This document shows positions 1-9,620 of a stretch of 61,517 bases of DNA, piece by piece (positions within the stretch are counted from its first letter, which is position 1; each line of letters opens with the position of its first letter). This DNA comes from a virus (Duplodnaviria > Caudoviricetes): positions 1 through 61,517 of the IMG/VR virus record IMGVR_UViG_3300022752_003832. One strand, given 5' to 3'. Below the pieces are notes generated by a model, which was not told where the DNA came from, did no database searches, and saw nothing but the letters and a program-made list of their open reading frames with translations. The translations under genes and the position numbers were made by a program.

Positions 1-281
1 TTTTTATCTAAATCTTGAAAATTCCATGTTTGTGTAAATTGCATCCAATTTTGATTGGTTATAATTCTATCAATCAAAGGTACTTTTTTTTCATCAACAA
101 CTAATCCCAATTTGTCTTTAACAAAATCTAAAAATCCTCTATCCAAATCGGCATGTAATACTCCTTTGGGTAAAAACGTTCCATGTTTTGTTATGTCTTC
201 AAGCATTTCTTCTCTTCTTTCCACACCAAATTTTTGTGGAATTAAAGGTAAATGTTTTTTTACTTGTTTTGGAAAGGCCAT
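1..281 (-). CDS. Partial phage protein (runs off window), probably neck/tail-completion (gp15-like) protein
   Basis: Not in the ORF track; read manually from ATG at 281: MAFPKQVKKHLPLIPQKFGVERREEMLEDITKHGTFLPKGVLHADLDRGFLDFVKDKLGLVVDEKKVPLIDRIITNQNW..., open to the window edge and directly downstream of the gp14-like gene. Function inferred from context only. Confidence 0.6.
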   Translation of the reverse strand, partial: MAFPKQVKKHLPLIPQKFGVERREEMLEDITKHGTFLPKGVLHADLDRGFLDFVKDKLGLVVDEKKVPLIDRIITNQNWMQFTQTWNFQDLDK

Positions 282-288
282 AATTTAA

Positions 289-804
289 TTAAATTCCTTC
301 AAATTCATTATTTGTGACAGGAGTTGCAATAATTGTTCTATAAAATCTTTTATAACCACCATAAGTGTGTTTATTGTCAGTAAACACCCTACCATCATTT
401 ACCACACTATAGTATCTAACTCTATATTCTGTTTCATAATACCCAATGTAATCACCAAACTCTATATCAATTTTTAAATCATCTAAATAATCTTGATAAA
501 CACTAACAGTCAAATTACCTGGTTCTAACTGTTCTAATTTTGTTGAACCATAATCTTGGTTTGCAGGTGCTTCTATTTTAACCAAACCTTTAAATTCTAT
601 TGGTGGTAAAAATTGTATTCCACCTTTTAATGCTTCACCATATACATCGTCGTTGTTTGTTTTTTGCCTATCAACTTTATATAAAACTAAAGTGAAGTTC
701 ATATCCCCCTCTAACCATTCTCTTCCCATTTTTATATCTAAATTAAAGTCTTCTTCTGCAAAAAACTTATTTAATCTTGTTATTGGAACTTTAGGTTGTG
801 TCAT
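289..804 (-). CDS. Putative neck/head-completion protein (T4 gp14-like)
   Basis: 171 aa; LYKVDRQKTNNDDVYGE...F segment resembles the gp14 family; TATTTAT motif just upstream. Confidence 0.5.
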   Translation of the reverse strand: MTQPKVPITRLNKFFAEEDFNLDIKMGREWLEGDMNFTLVLYKVDRQKTNNDDVYGEALKGGIQFLPPIEFKGLVKIEAPANQDYGSTKLEQLEPGNLTVSVYQDYLDDLKIDIEFGDYIGYYETEYRVRYYSVVNDGRVFTDNKHTYGGYKRFYRTIIATPVTNNEFEGI

Positions 805-817
805 ACCTATAAATACT

Positions 818-850
818 TTGATTGATTTTTTCTTGAATTTTATTATATTT
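818..850 (+). promoter_or_regulatory. Putative host-sigma (early/middle) promoter of helicase gene
   Basis: TTGATT-N17-TATTAT (818-846), overlapped by TTGATT-N16-TATATTT; just upstream of ATG 861. Confidence 0.4.
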
Positions 851-860
851 TATATATACT

Positions 861-3755
861 ATGGAAGATTTTGTGCCAAAAACACCAGAGTCAAAAGCCC
901 TATTAATTTTAGACAATTACGAAGGGTCAAATAACTATATCCTTAATTTAAAACACAAAAAAGAGAATAGTAAGTCTTTCGTACCTACAAGACCGCAGGC
1001 GGATTATATCAATAATTATAACACAACACAACCAAAAGTTGCAAAAAAATGGGTCAAACTTGATTCATATTTTGGTAAAAAACTGATGGAAGATAAGATG
1101 TACACCAAAGAACCATCTGAAATTTATGTTGAAAAGTTGTTGGTTGAAAAAGATAAAGCTTATCACATTTGGGGTAAAATTTTTTCAGGTGAAACTTTAC
1201 ACGACTTTTGGATGCCAAAATCAGCATTACTAAAAGATAATGAAGTTAAAAATATTGTTATAGATTACAGTAAGTATGCTGTCAGACCACCTATGGAACA
1301 CCAAAAGGTAGCTATTGAAAAATTGGTTGGTAATAAAAAGTTTATTTTGGCGGACGATATGGGTTTGGGTAAGTTCTTACCAGTTAATACGCCTGTTTAC
1401 ACACCTAAAGGCACTAAAAAAATTGGTGATATAAAAATTGGTGATAAGGTTATTGGTAGTGATGGTAAATCTCATAACGTAATAGGAGTGTTTCCACAAG
1501 GCATAAAGGAAACCTATAAAATTACATTCAACGATGGATTTTCAATTTTATCTGGGGACGAACATTTATGGTCTGTTTCATCCCCTAATTACGGTAAAAA
1601 TAGAAAAAACGAAAGACTAAAAAAGTTTTTAGTTTTATCAACAAAACAAATGTATGAGGGAGGTAAAATTAAAGTTAAAGGAATTAACCATAATAAAAAT
1701 AAGGAATATGAAATTGAAACTTATTATAAATCACCAAACGGAAATAATAAATGGCAAATCCCAATCGTGAAACCAATACAATTTGAACGAAATGATAATC
1801 TTATGATTGACCCTTATTTGTTAGGACTTGCATTAGGTGATGGTGGTATAACACAAAAAAATATTAATTTTACAACAAAAGACGATGAAATTTTAGGTTA
1901 TATTGAAACCGCATTACCAAAAAATTCACAAATAGTTAAACAAAAAAATTCAAAATACAGTTATAGAATAACTAAAATCGATGGTTACACAAATGAAGTT
2001 ATACAAATTTTAAAAAAGTTAAACTTGATGGGATGTGGGTCAGACACTAAATTTATTCCCGAAATATACAAGTTTTCATCAGTTGAAAATAGATTATCAA
2101 TTTTACAAGGGTTAATGGATACTGACGGGCATTGCATGTATAATGGTACTAATTTTGTTGGGACTGATTATTGTACAACATCAAAACAACTTTGTGATGA
2201 TGTTGTTGAAGTAGTACAAACATTAGGAGGTGTTGCAAGAGTCAAAACTTGTATCCCAACATATACTTATAAGGGTGAAAAAAAGAAAGGTAAGTTAGCT
2301 TATAGAGTTAATATTAAATTACCAAAGGGTATGAATCCGTTCAGATTAAAACGAAAGGCTAACAAATACATTGAACCAAAAAAATACCCCACAGGAAGAT
2401 ATATTAAAAATATTGAAAAAGTTGGTTTTGAAGAAAGTGTTTGTATATCGGTTGACTCCCCTGATAAACTATATGTTACAGAACATTGTATTGTAACACA
2501 TAACACCACTTCCACAATTATCGCTTCTTTAGAAACGGGTGCAAAAAAAATATTAATAATTTGTCCCGCATCTTTAAAAATAAATTGGCAAAGAGAAATT
2601 GCAAATTATTCAGATAGGTCTGTTTATATTGCAGAAGGTAAGAAATTTTCAGACGACCATGATTTTGTTATTGTGAACTACGACATCTTAAAAAATTTCC
2701 ACGACATTAAAGAAAAAGATAAGTCAGAAATTATGAAAATTAATTTTGATTTAGTAATCATGGATGAAGCACATATGATTTCTAATCCACAAGCACAAAG
2801 AACAAAAATTGCCAACGATATTGCAAGTAAATCTAATAGAGTGTGGTTATTATCAGGAACACCTATGACATCTCGACCTATGAATTATTACAATTTATTA
2901 AATCTTGTTGATAGTCCCGTTGCAATGAATTGGATGGCATACGCTAAAAGATATTGTAACGGATTTCAATTTAGTGTTGGAAAAAGAAAGGTGTGGAACG
3001 TTACAGGCGCATCCAATCTTGATGAATTAAGAGAAAGAACCTCAACTCACATTCTAAGAAGATTAAAAGAAGAAGTTTTAGATTTACCTGAAAAAATTAT
3101 CACACCTGTTTATTTAAGACTCAAATCAAAAAACTATGAAGAATTAATGGGTGAATATTTTGATTGGTATGACCGAAACCCTGAAGAATCATCTTCACTT
3201 ACAATTCAGTTTTCAAAACTAATGAAAGTAAGAAAAGTAATTGCACAAGAAAAAATTAATAACACAATTGAGTTAGCAGAAAACATTATAGAACAAGGTA
3301 AAAAGGTTATTATTTTTACAAACTTTACCGATACATTAAATCAAATCTATAATCATTTTGGTAAATCTGCAGTTTATTTAGATGGTAGTTGTTCTAAGTT
3401 CCACAGACAAAATTCGGTTGATGAATTTCAAACCAACGATAAAATCAAAGTATTTGTTGGGAATTTAAAGGCGGCTGGTGTTGGAATTACTTTAACATCT
3501 GCCGAGGCCGTTATTATGAATGATTTATCTTTTGTTCCTGCTGAACATTCACAAGCAGAAGACAGGTCACATAGAATTGGTCAAAAAAATTCAACATCAG
3601 TTTATTACCCTCTTTTTGAAAACACAATAGAAGGAGCAATTTACGACATATTAAATAGAAAAAAGAAAATTATTTCAACAGTAATGGGTGACAATATGTT
3701 TGATGACACATCTACAATAGAAGAAATGTTAAAAATGATTTCTGTCAACCGATGA
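861..3755 (+). CDS. SNF2/SWI2-family (DEAH) helicase, intein-containing
   Basis: ILADDMGLGK|T Walker A (split by intein), IICPASL, MDEAH, LSGTP, LRRLK, C-terminal GVGITLT..QAEDRSHRIGQ. Confidence 0.93.
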   Translation: MEDFVPKTPESKALLILDNYEGSNNYILNLKHKKENSKSFVPTRPQADYINNYNTTQPKVAKKWVKLDSYFGKKLMEDKMYTKEPSEIYVEKLLVEKDKAYHIWGKIFSGETLHDFWMPKSALLKDNEVKNIVIDYSKYAVRPPMEHQKVAIEKLVGNKKFILADDMGLGKFLPVNTPVYTPKGTKKIGDIKIGDKVIGSDGKSHNVIGVFPQGIKETYKITFNDGFSILSGDEHLWSVSSPNYGKNRKNERLKKFLVLSTKQMYEGGKIKVKGINHNKNKEYEIETYYKSPNGNNKWQIPIVKPIQFERNDNLMIDPYLLGLALGDGGITQKNINFTTKDDEILGYIETALPKNSQIVKQKNSKYSYRITKIDGYTNEVIQILKKLNLMGCGSDTKFIPEIYKFSSVENRLSILQGLMDTDGHCMYNGTNFVGTDYCTTSKQLCDDVVEVVQTLGGVARVKTCIPTYTYKGEKKKGKLAYRVNIKLPKGMNPFRLKRKANKYIEPKKYPTGRYIKNIEKVGFEESVCISVDSPDKLYVTEHCIVTHNTTSTIIASLETGAKKILIICPASLKINWQREIANYSDRSVYIAEGKKFSDDHDFVIVNYDILKNFHDIKEKDKSEIMKINFDLVIMDEAHMISNPQAQRTKIANDIASKSNRVWLLSGTPMTSRPMNYYNLLNLVDSPVAMNWMAYAKRYCNGFQFSVGKRKVWNVTGASNLDELRERTSTHILRRLKEEVLDLPEKIITPVYLRLKSKNYEELMGEYFDWYDRNPEESSSLTIQFSKLMKVRKVIAQEKINNTIELAENIIEQGKKVIIFTNFTDTLNQIYNHFGKSAVYLDGSCSKFHRQNSVDEFQTNDKIKVFVGNLKAAGVGITLTSAEAVIMNDLSFVPAEHSQAEDRSHRIGQKNSTSVYYPLFENTIEGAIYDILNRKKKIISTVMGDNMFDDTSTIEEMLKMISVNR
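1374..2504 (+). mobile_element. Class 3 intein (377 aa) with LAGLIDADG homing endonuclease, in helicase Walker A
   Basis: GLGK|FLPVNTPVYTPKG ... DEHLW ... VCISVDSPDKLYVTEHCIVTHN|T; W-C-T triad; LLGLALGDG and LQGLMDTDG endonuclease motifs; removal restores GLGKT. Confidence 0.92.
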
Positions 3756-3767
3756 TATTTATATATC

Positions 3768-4853
3768 ATGGAAGTGAATATTAAATATGTTGGTATTAAA
3801 CCAACGGAAAGTGATAAAACATTAATCAATAATTTTGTTTCACAATTAAAAAAAGACTACCCTTTGAAAAAAGATGTAGAAATTTTATTTGTTAGTAAAA
3901 GAACTGGGTATATGACCACAGGTTCAAGAAGCGATAAACACAAACTTAAAATTTTGGTTAAAGACAGATTAAATCGTGATATATTAAGAACACTTTCACA
4001 CGAATGGTCCCACGAATATCAAAAAACCATAGAACACAAAAAAGAAACTAAAAATATTGGTGGCGAAAATGAAAATGTGGCAAACGCGGTTGCCGGAAAA
4101 GAAATAAAAAAATTTGAAAAAGATAACAAAAAATTAAAAAAAATTATATATAATCCATTTATTGAAAGAATAGAAACAATTGAATCTTTTTTACAAATAG
4201 AATCTACAGAAAAACAATCACTGATAAACGAAATAAAAAAAATAAGTGTTGAAAAACTACCTTATGAATATAATTCGTTAGAAGTTTTTATTGATAGTGA
4301 AACAATGAAAACCCATTACAATAAACATTACAAAGGTTATGTTGAAAAGTTAAATAAAGAATTAGAAAAAATAAGTGGTAAAGATTTAAACTTAGAACAA
4401 ATCATATCTGACATTTCAAGTTTTAATACGATAGTTAGAAATAATGGTGGTGGCGCATTTAATCACGCACTATTTTGGAAAATGATGTCGCCTAAAAAAC
4501 AAAAGTTAGACGACCCCATCAAAAGTAAAATAGAAAAGACTTTCGGTTCGTTTGAAAAATTTAAAACAGAATTTGAAGATGCTGCTAAATCTCGTTTTGG
4601 TTCAGGTTGGGTTTGGTTAATTCTTACAGATAAAAATAGATTAAAAATTGTAACCACCGCAAATCAAGACAACCCCCTAATGGATAATCAAGAAGAAAGG
4701 GGTTACCCCTTGTTAGGTCTTGACGTTTGGGAACACGCTTATTATTTAAAATACAAAAATCTAAGAGATAAGTACGTATCTAATTTTTGGAAAGTTGTTA
4801 ATTGGGGGTTTGTTAATGATTTGTATTCTACAAAATCAAAACTAAACAAATAG
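3768..4853 (+). CDS. sodA: Fe/Mn superoxide dismutase (Mn-type signature) fused to N-terminal HExxH zincin-like domain
   Basis: KLPYEYNSLE, HYNKHYKGY, NNGGGAFNH, FGSGWVWL, TANQD, DVWEHAYY; N-terminal ~150 aa contains RTLSHEWSH. Confidence 0.9.
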   Translation: MEVNIKYVGIKPTESDKTLINNFVSQLKKDYPLKKDVEILFVSKRTGYMTTGSRSDKHKLKILVKDRLNRDILRTLSHEWSHEYQKTIEHKKETKNIGGENENVANAVAGKEIKKFEKDNKKLKKIIYNPFIERIETIESFLQIESTEKQSLINEIKKISVEKLPYEYNSLEVFIDSETMKTHYNKHYKGYVEKLNKELEKISGKDLNLEQIISDISSFNTIVRNNGGGAFNHALFWKMMSPKKQKLDDPIKSKIEKTFGSFEKFKTEFEDAAKSRFGSGWVWLILTDKNRLKIVTTANQDNPLMDNQEERGYPLLGLDVWEHAYYLKYKNLRDKYVSNFWKVVNWGFVNDLYSTKSKLNK

Positions 4854-4877
4854 AAAGATATTTATAAATAAAAAGTC

Positions 4878-5999
4878 ATGTCAACTACTATTTTAATTAC
4901 TGAACCAGAAAGAAGTAAATTGTATAAAAGAATAAAAAATCTTTTAGGGGCTCCATTGCGTAGTGTTGAATTAGAGGACGAAATGATGGATTCTTTATTA
5001 GAGTTATCTATTCAGGATTATGCTCAACACGTTAATGATTGGTTGATTGAGGCACAATGGTCTTCATTATATGGATTAAATTTAGATGAACAATCACTAA
5101 CAAGGGCTTTTACAACAAGAAGTTTAGATTGGGAAACACAATATACTTACGCATATTCAAAAATTGTAGGATTACAATCTGGTGGTGATTGGGTCTTAAA
5201 AAAAGACTATATTGATTTAGTACGAAATCAACAAATTTATGAAATACCTGCGGGTCGTGAAATTAATGAAATAATGTGGTTTTCTCGTTCTGAATTGGAT
5301 GCTGCATATTTTGACCCGTTTATGGGTGGTTTTGGTGGATTTGGGGGCATTGGTTTAGGTGGTGGTGCAGGATTTTCTCAAATGGGAACAACAGGAAATT
5401 ATTTTATTACACCGGCTTTTGATATTTTACTTAGAATGGCTGACATTCAAATGAAAAGAAGAATCATAACAGGTGATTTAACTTATAGAATTACAGCACT
5501 TCCTGAAGGAAAAAAAGCATTACATTTAATGAATGTACCTGGAGGAAAATTTGATTTTGGAAACATTAATTACCAACAATATAGAGTATGGTATTGGTAT
5601 TATGACACTTTTGATAGAGATGATTGTTTAGCAAAAAATCCAGATGTTGTTAGACTCCCTTCTGATGTACCAATTGATGAAATGAGATGGGATGAATTAA
5701 ATTCACCTGCAAAAACTTGGGTCAGAAGATGGTTTACCGCATACTGTAAAGAAACTTTGGCAAAAGTAAGAGGTAAGTATAGTGGTAGTTTAAAGACTCC
5801 TGATAGTGAATTAACCATAGAGTGGCAAAGTTTAAATACTGAAGCTAAAGATGAAAAGACAATGTTGTGGGAAGAATTAAAAGCAAGACTTGAAAGATTA
5901 AGACCCGAAAAACAAATGGAGCAAAAAGCCTTACAGGCAGAAAATATGAATAAAGCCTTAAAGTTTAGACCATTTACTAGCCCATATAATGTTATATAA
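4878..5999 (+). CDS. Neck protein (T4 gp13-like head-tail adaptor)
   Basis: N-terminal RIKNLLGAPLRSVELEDEMMDSLLELSIQDY and C-terminal WVRRWFTAYCKETLAKVRGKY match the gp13 pattern. Confidence 0.75.
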   Translation: MSTTILITEPERSKLYKRIKNLLGAPLRSVELEDEMMDSLLELSIQDYAQHVNDWLIEAQWSSLYGLNLDEQSLTRAFTTRSLDWETQYTYAYSKIVGLQSGGDWVLKKDYIDLVRNQQIYEIPAGREINEIMWFSRSELDAAYFDPFMGGFGGFGGIGLGGGAGFSQMGTTGNYFITPAFDILLRMADIQMKRRIITGDLTYRITALPEGKKALHLMNVPGGKFDFGNINYQQYRVWYWYYDTFDRDDCLAKNPDVVRLPSDVPIDEMRWDELNSPAKTWVRRWFTAYCKETLAKVRGKYSGSLKTPDSELTIEWQSLNTEAKDEKTMLWEELKARLERLRPEKQMEQKALQAENMNKALKFRPFTSPYNVI

Positions 6000-6006
6000 T
6001 TGACAT

Positions 6007-6339
6007 ATGTCAGTATTTAAATCCATTCCTTCAATTAGAATAATTAATGGTAATAAAGTTGAAACATCAGATTCTGCAATAGTTTCAAATTCTTTTTATG
6101 AAACAAGTGGCGAATATGTCATAGTTGTTTCGGGTGTTGATAATTGTGAACTTTTATTAAATTCATCAAACACTGACCATGTTGTTGTAAAATCAATGAC
6201 AAATGTCTTAGTTAAAGGAGACTCATTAATTGATGAGCAATATGATGAAGTTGAATTAACCAAAGGTTCATGCGTTGAGTTTAAAAAAGTTGGAAATTAC
6301 TGGTATATATTATCTTCAGATGGATTAAAAAACTCTTAG
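6007..6339 (+). CDS. Hypothetical beta-rich protein (probably virion-associated)
   Basis: 110 aa ORF following the gp13-like gene. Confidence 0.6.
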   Translation: MSVFKSIPSIRIINGNKVETSDSAIVSNSFYETSGEYVIVVSGVDNCELLLNSSNTDHVVVKSMTNVLVKGDSLIDEQYDEVELTKGSCVEFKKVGNYWYILSSDGLKNS

Positions 6340-9164
6340 TCGAAACTAAGAGCCATTAAATCCCCATCCACATCAAATTCAAAGTATTCATCAACATCCA
6401 CCTTTTTTTGTTGTACGACAAATTCTTCCATTAACTTTTTGTTATTTTTAACCCAATCAACATCCACTAAATCAACAGTACCATCTAAATACATATAGTA
6501 AGGGTCAATACCTACATTTTTCCAAAACGTTAATTCCATGTCAGATAAAGTTAATACTTCTTCTAACGTATCTTGATGTGTTTCTTTCATGGGGTAACCA
6601 CGTACTAATTCAGTTTGGGACTTAGTAAAAATAGGTCTATTTTTTGGGTCTTCAATTAAAATGTCTTCTCTAATTTCAGGTTTATAAACAACAAGTAGTG
6701 GTTCAATTCTTTTGTTAAATGCTGCTAAATATCTTGGAACATTATACTCACCTAATAAATCAGGATTCATTTCTATATCACGTTCATCAATCAAATAACA
6801 ATTTAAAACCAATTCATCTTTTTTCTTTTGAACGTCTCCGTGTGATTTTTTTTCACCATTATTAACATAGTAGATAGTATCACCAAGACCAGGATTTTTT
6901 CCTTCTTTAATTAAAAGTTCCATGTGTGCTTGACGGGACATCATATTTCCTGCCTTTGTGGTTTTAGTTATGTGAACTTTGTAATCTTCTACAGATTGTT
7001 TTACACGAGCTTTGTTTGCAATCTTTGCTAAAGGTATTTGTCTGTTATAAAGTTTGTCTACATATTCATAGTAGAAATCTAAAAACTCACCACCTTTACC
7101 GTCCAATAACATTCGAAGACCTTTGTCCAAAAATTCAGCAACATATGTTTGAAGTTTTTTAGATTTAATTGTATTACCTGTAAGTTTCACTTTACCCTTG
7201 TCTGTAAGAAGTGCGTAATTTTTACGAGCAACATTAATCGTAGACGGCCAAATACCATCAATATCTAATCCCATTTCACCTCGTAAAAATAAATCATTGT
7301 ATTCTGCTACATCAGCCTCAGCTCCAACATATTCTTTACCTTCTTTAACAAGACCATTCAAACCTTGACCTATATACTTGTACTCTTGTCTATCTTGTGG
7401 AGTTTCAAAGTTTACACCATCCGTGTCCATTACAAGTGGAACATAACCTCTTTTCATAAAGAACATAATCATTTGACGTAGGTATTGTCTACCAGTACAT
7501 GTAATCTGTTCACCCATATCAATATCACCCCACGGAAAAACTTGTGGTGCCGATAATGAACCAAAGAACGCGTTGATAAAAATTTTAATTGGTAATTGTT
7601 TTCTGTCATAAGAAATTGCAAGTTTTGGGTCAATAGATTTATATTCACTAGCTAAGTTCTTGTATTTGATACGGGTATCACGGAAATACTTTAACATACT
7701 TTTCATCGCACCTGTCACATCACACTTAGGAAACACATCGTGAACCAACTGAATAGATGGGTATAGTGAAGAGTAGTCAAGTTTCAATACGTTTTTAGAA
7801 AACCCAACCTGAACCAAACGAGAAAGACCTCCTGTGAACTTTCTTTTTTCTAATTTTTTTGGTAGTGCCAAATTATGTTTATATGACCATGCGGCCATAA
7901 TCATTTTCCATAATGTCGCAGTTCCCATAGTTGAAAGTCTTTCATATGTTGTTGGCACAAGTTTAGACAACAAAAAATTTGCTTGGTTGAACTGCTCGTC
8001 AACTACCATCGTTTCATAAAGGTCATCATCCAAGTAGTCCTCAATAATTTTTGAACCTGTAACTAACTTATAAACATCATTTCTTCTTTTACAAATCTCA
8101 TCTATTTTCGAATCAAGTCCAACTTTTTTATAAGCTCCGTTTTGTTTGTTCATCCAATATTCAAAATTATCAAAATATATTTTACCAATCTTATCACCTT
8201 CAACATAAACACGATTTGGTTTTTCAGCTTCAATAAATTTGGTAATGTACTTCAAAGACCAACTTTTAATGTCTGAGTTAATTGCTTGAGCTCTACGAAC
8301 TGCGTGTGCAATGTCTACAATATTATACCCCCACATTTGAGTCTGAACATATGGTTCCATTTCGTTTGCTAACTTTAAAATACCATCTTTTTGTTTTAGT
8401 GTGTAATCGGGATGCAAGGTCTTGCAGATTTTTTTGATATTAACTTTTAATATTTCGGCTCTTTTTAAAATGAACGGAAAATCAAAAAAAGCTGAGTTGT
8501 AACCCCCAATCAAAGATGGTTTTAATTCATCAATAGTTTTAAAAAAATTAATAATCATTTGTTTTTCTTCATCTTCATTTTGTGCTGATAATAATTTTAA
8601 AAAACCACGATTGTCTTTCATCCCTATTAAAAATATTTTACTTGTTTTTGGGTCAAGACCTGTGGTTTCAATATCAAAAACAAACCTATGGATTTCATCG
8701 TATTCTTCAAACCCTTTAAAAAGTCTTTTATTTTTTTGAACTAAATACTGTTCAACAGGAGATAAAAGTTGGATTGTATCAACGTTGTCTTTACTCCAAG
8801 GGTCTAACCCGCCAGCTTTAAAAAAATTAATTAAATTTGAATGTGTTTTTGTTGTTTTAACTAAATACCTCAACCCATTTTCTAAACGTTCATCATTGTG
8901 AGTATCAAGTTTTTCTATGATAATACCATTTTCACTCATCGCACGTTTTTGTGCGTGTTTGTCGTTTTTGTAAAAGTTTTTACCTTTTAAATCTCCAACC
9001 CAAGCAAATGGAATAAACGTATCGGGACGTAACAATTTGCCCTTAATTGGGTCTTGAATTATTTTGTAAATTTTAGAAGTTTTGTAATCATATTCTAATG
9101 ATACGATATATTTTTCATCATCTTCGCCTAATAAAAAGCGTTCAATTTCTTCTTGTGGAACCAT
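6336..9164 (-). CDS. Family B DNA polymerase with 3'-5' exonuclease
   Basis: ExoI FDIETTG, ExoII GYNSAFFDF, motif A LDYSSLYPS, motif B KIFINAFFG, motif C MDTDG. Confidence 0.95.
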   Translation of the reverse strand: MVPQEEIERFLLGEDDEKYIVSLEYDYKTSKIYKIIQDPIKGKLLRPDTFIPFAWVGDLKGKNFYKNDKHAQKRAMSENGIIIEKLDTHNDERLENGLRYLVKTTKTHSNLINFFKAGGLDPWSKDNVDTIQLLSPVEQYLVQKNKRLFKGFEEYDEIHRFVFDIETTGLDPKTSKIFLIGMKDNRGFLKLLSAQNEDEEKQMIINFFKTIDELKPSLIGGYNSAFFDFPFILKRAEILKVNIKKICKTLHPDYTLKQKDGILKLANEMEPYVQTQMWGYNIVDIAHAVRRAQAINSDIKSWSLKYITKFIEAEKPNRVYVEGDKIGKIYFDNFEYWMNKQNGAYKKVGLDSKIDEICKRRNDVYKLVTGSKIIEDYLDDDLYETMVVDEQFNQANFLLSKLVPTTYERLSTMGTATLWKMIMAAWSYKHNLALPKKLEKRKFTGGLSRLVQVGFSKNVLKLDYSSLYPSIQLVHDVFPKCDVTGAMKSMLKYFRDTRIKYKNLASEYKSIDPKLAISYDRKQLPIKIFINAFFGSLSAPQVFPWGDIDMGEQITCTGRQYLRQMIMFFMKRGYVPLVMDTDGVNFETPQDRQEYKYIGQGLNGLVKEGKEYVGAEADVAEYNDLFLRGEMGLDIDGIWPSTINVARKNYALLTDKGKVKLTGNTIKSKKLQTYVAEFLDKGLRMLLDGKGGEFLDFYYEYVDKLYNRQIPLAKIANKARVKQSVEDYKVHITKTTKAGNMMSRQAHMELLIKEGKNPGLGDTIYYVNNGEKKSHGDVQKKKDELVLNCYLIDERDIEMNPDLLGEYNVPRYLAAFNKRIEPLLVVYKPEIREDILIEDPKNRPIFTKSQTELVRGYPMKETHQDTLEEVLTLSDMELTFWKNVGIDPYYMYLDGTVDLVDVDWVKNNKKLMEEFVVQQKKVDVDEYFEFDVDGDLMALSFD

Positions 9165-9227
9165 ATTTTATATCTTTAATTTTGGGTTATTGTACTCACA
9201 AACTACGTTGTGGTTTCCCTTTTTTTA

Positions 9228-9259
9228 TAAATATAAAAATGAGTTGTCTTAATGTCAAA
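9228..9259 (-). promoter_or_regulatory. Putative host-sigma promoter of DNA polymerase gene
   Basis: Minus strand TTTGACA-N17-TATATTTA; fits both sigma70 -35/-10 and Bacteroidetes TTTG-N20-TAnnTTT(G) geometry. Confidence 0.6.
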
Positions 9260-9608
9260 CAATGTTTATATAAAGATTTTCTCTAATTGGTGAAATTAAT
9301 TCTCCATTTTGTAAAACTATAGAAAATTCACCTATGAACCTACCTTTAGTTTTTGTATCATTTGTTGCCCATTTGTAGTACAGATAATATTCAGTTGGGT
9401 TATCGGGGTTGTTTTTTAGTTTTTCAACAATATATGCTTGGTTCATAAATATTTTATGTATTCCATTTTTTTCGTCAATCATTGAAAACCTAATATTCGC
9501 GTTATCTAAAATTTCTATAATATTTTTATATGCGTCTGTTCTTCCGTCCACAACTGGTTCCATTTTTAAAATTGGTAAAGTTGAGTTTTGATTTATAAAA
9601 AATTCCAT
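9255..9608 (-). CDS. Hypothetical protein, possibly BppU-like baseplate domain
   Basis: 117 aa; FFINQNSTLP...YKWATNDTKTKGRFIGEFSI resembles BppU N-terminal-like domains (weak). Confidence 0.5.
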   Translation of the reverse strand: MEFFINQNSTLPILKMEPVVDGRTDAYKNIIEILDNANIRFSMIDEKNGIHKIFMNQAYIVEKLKNNPDNPTEYYLYYKWATNDTKTKGRFIGEFSIVLQNGELISPIRENLYINIV

Positions 9609-9620
9609 AATAATTTTTTT

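Noticed and set aside
55-288. 77-aa + strand ORF
   Set aside because: Antisense to the more plausible minus-strand gene starting at 281.
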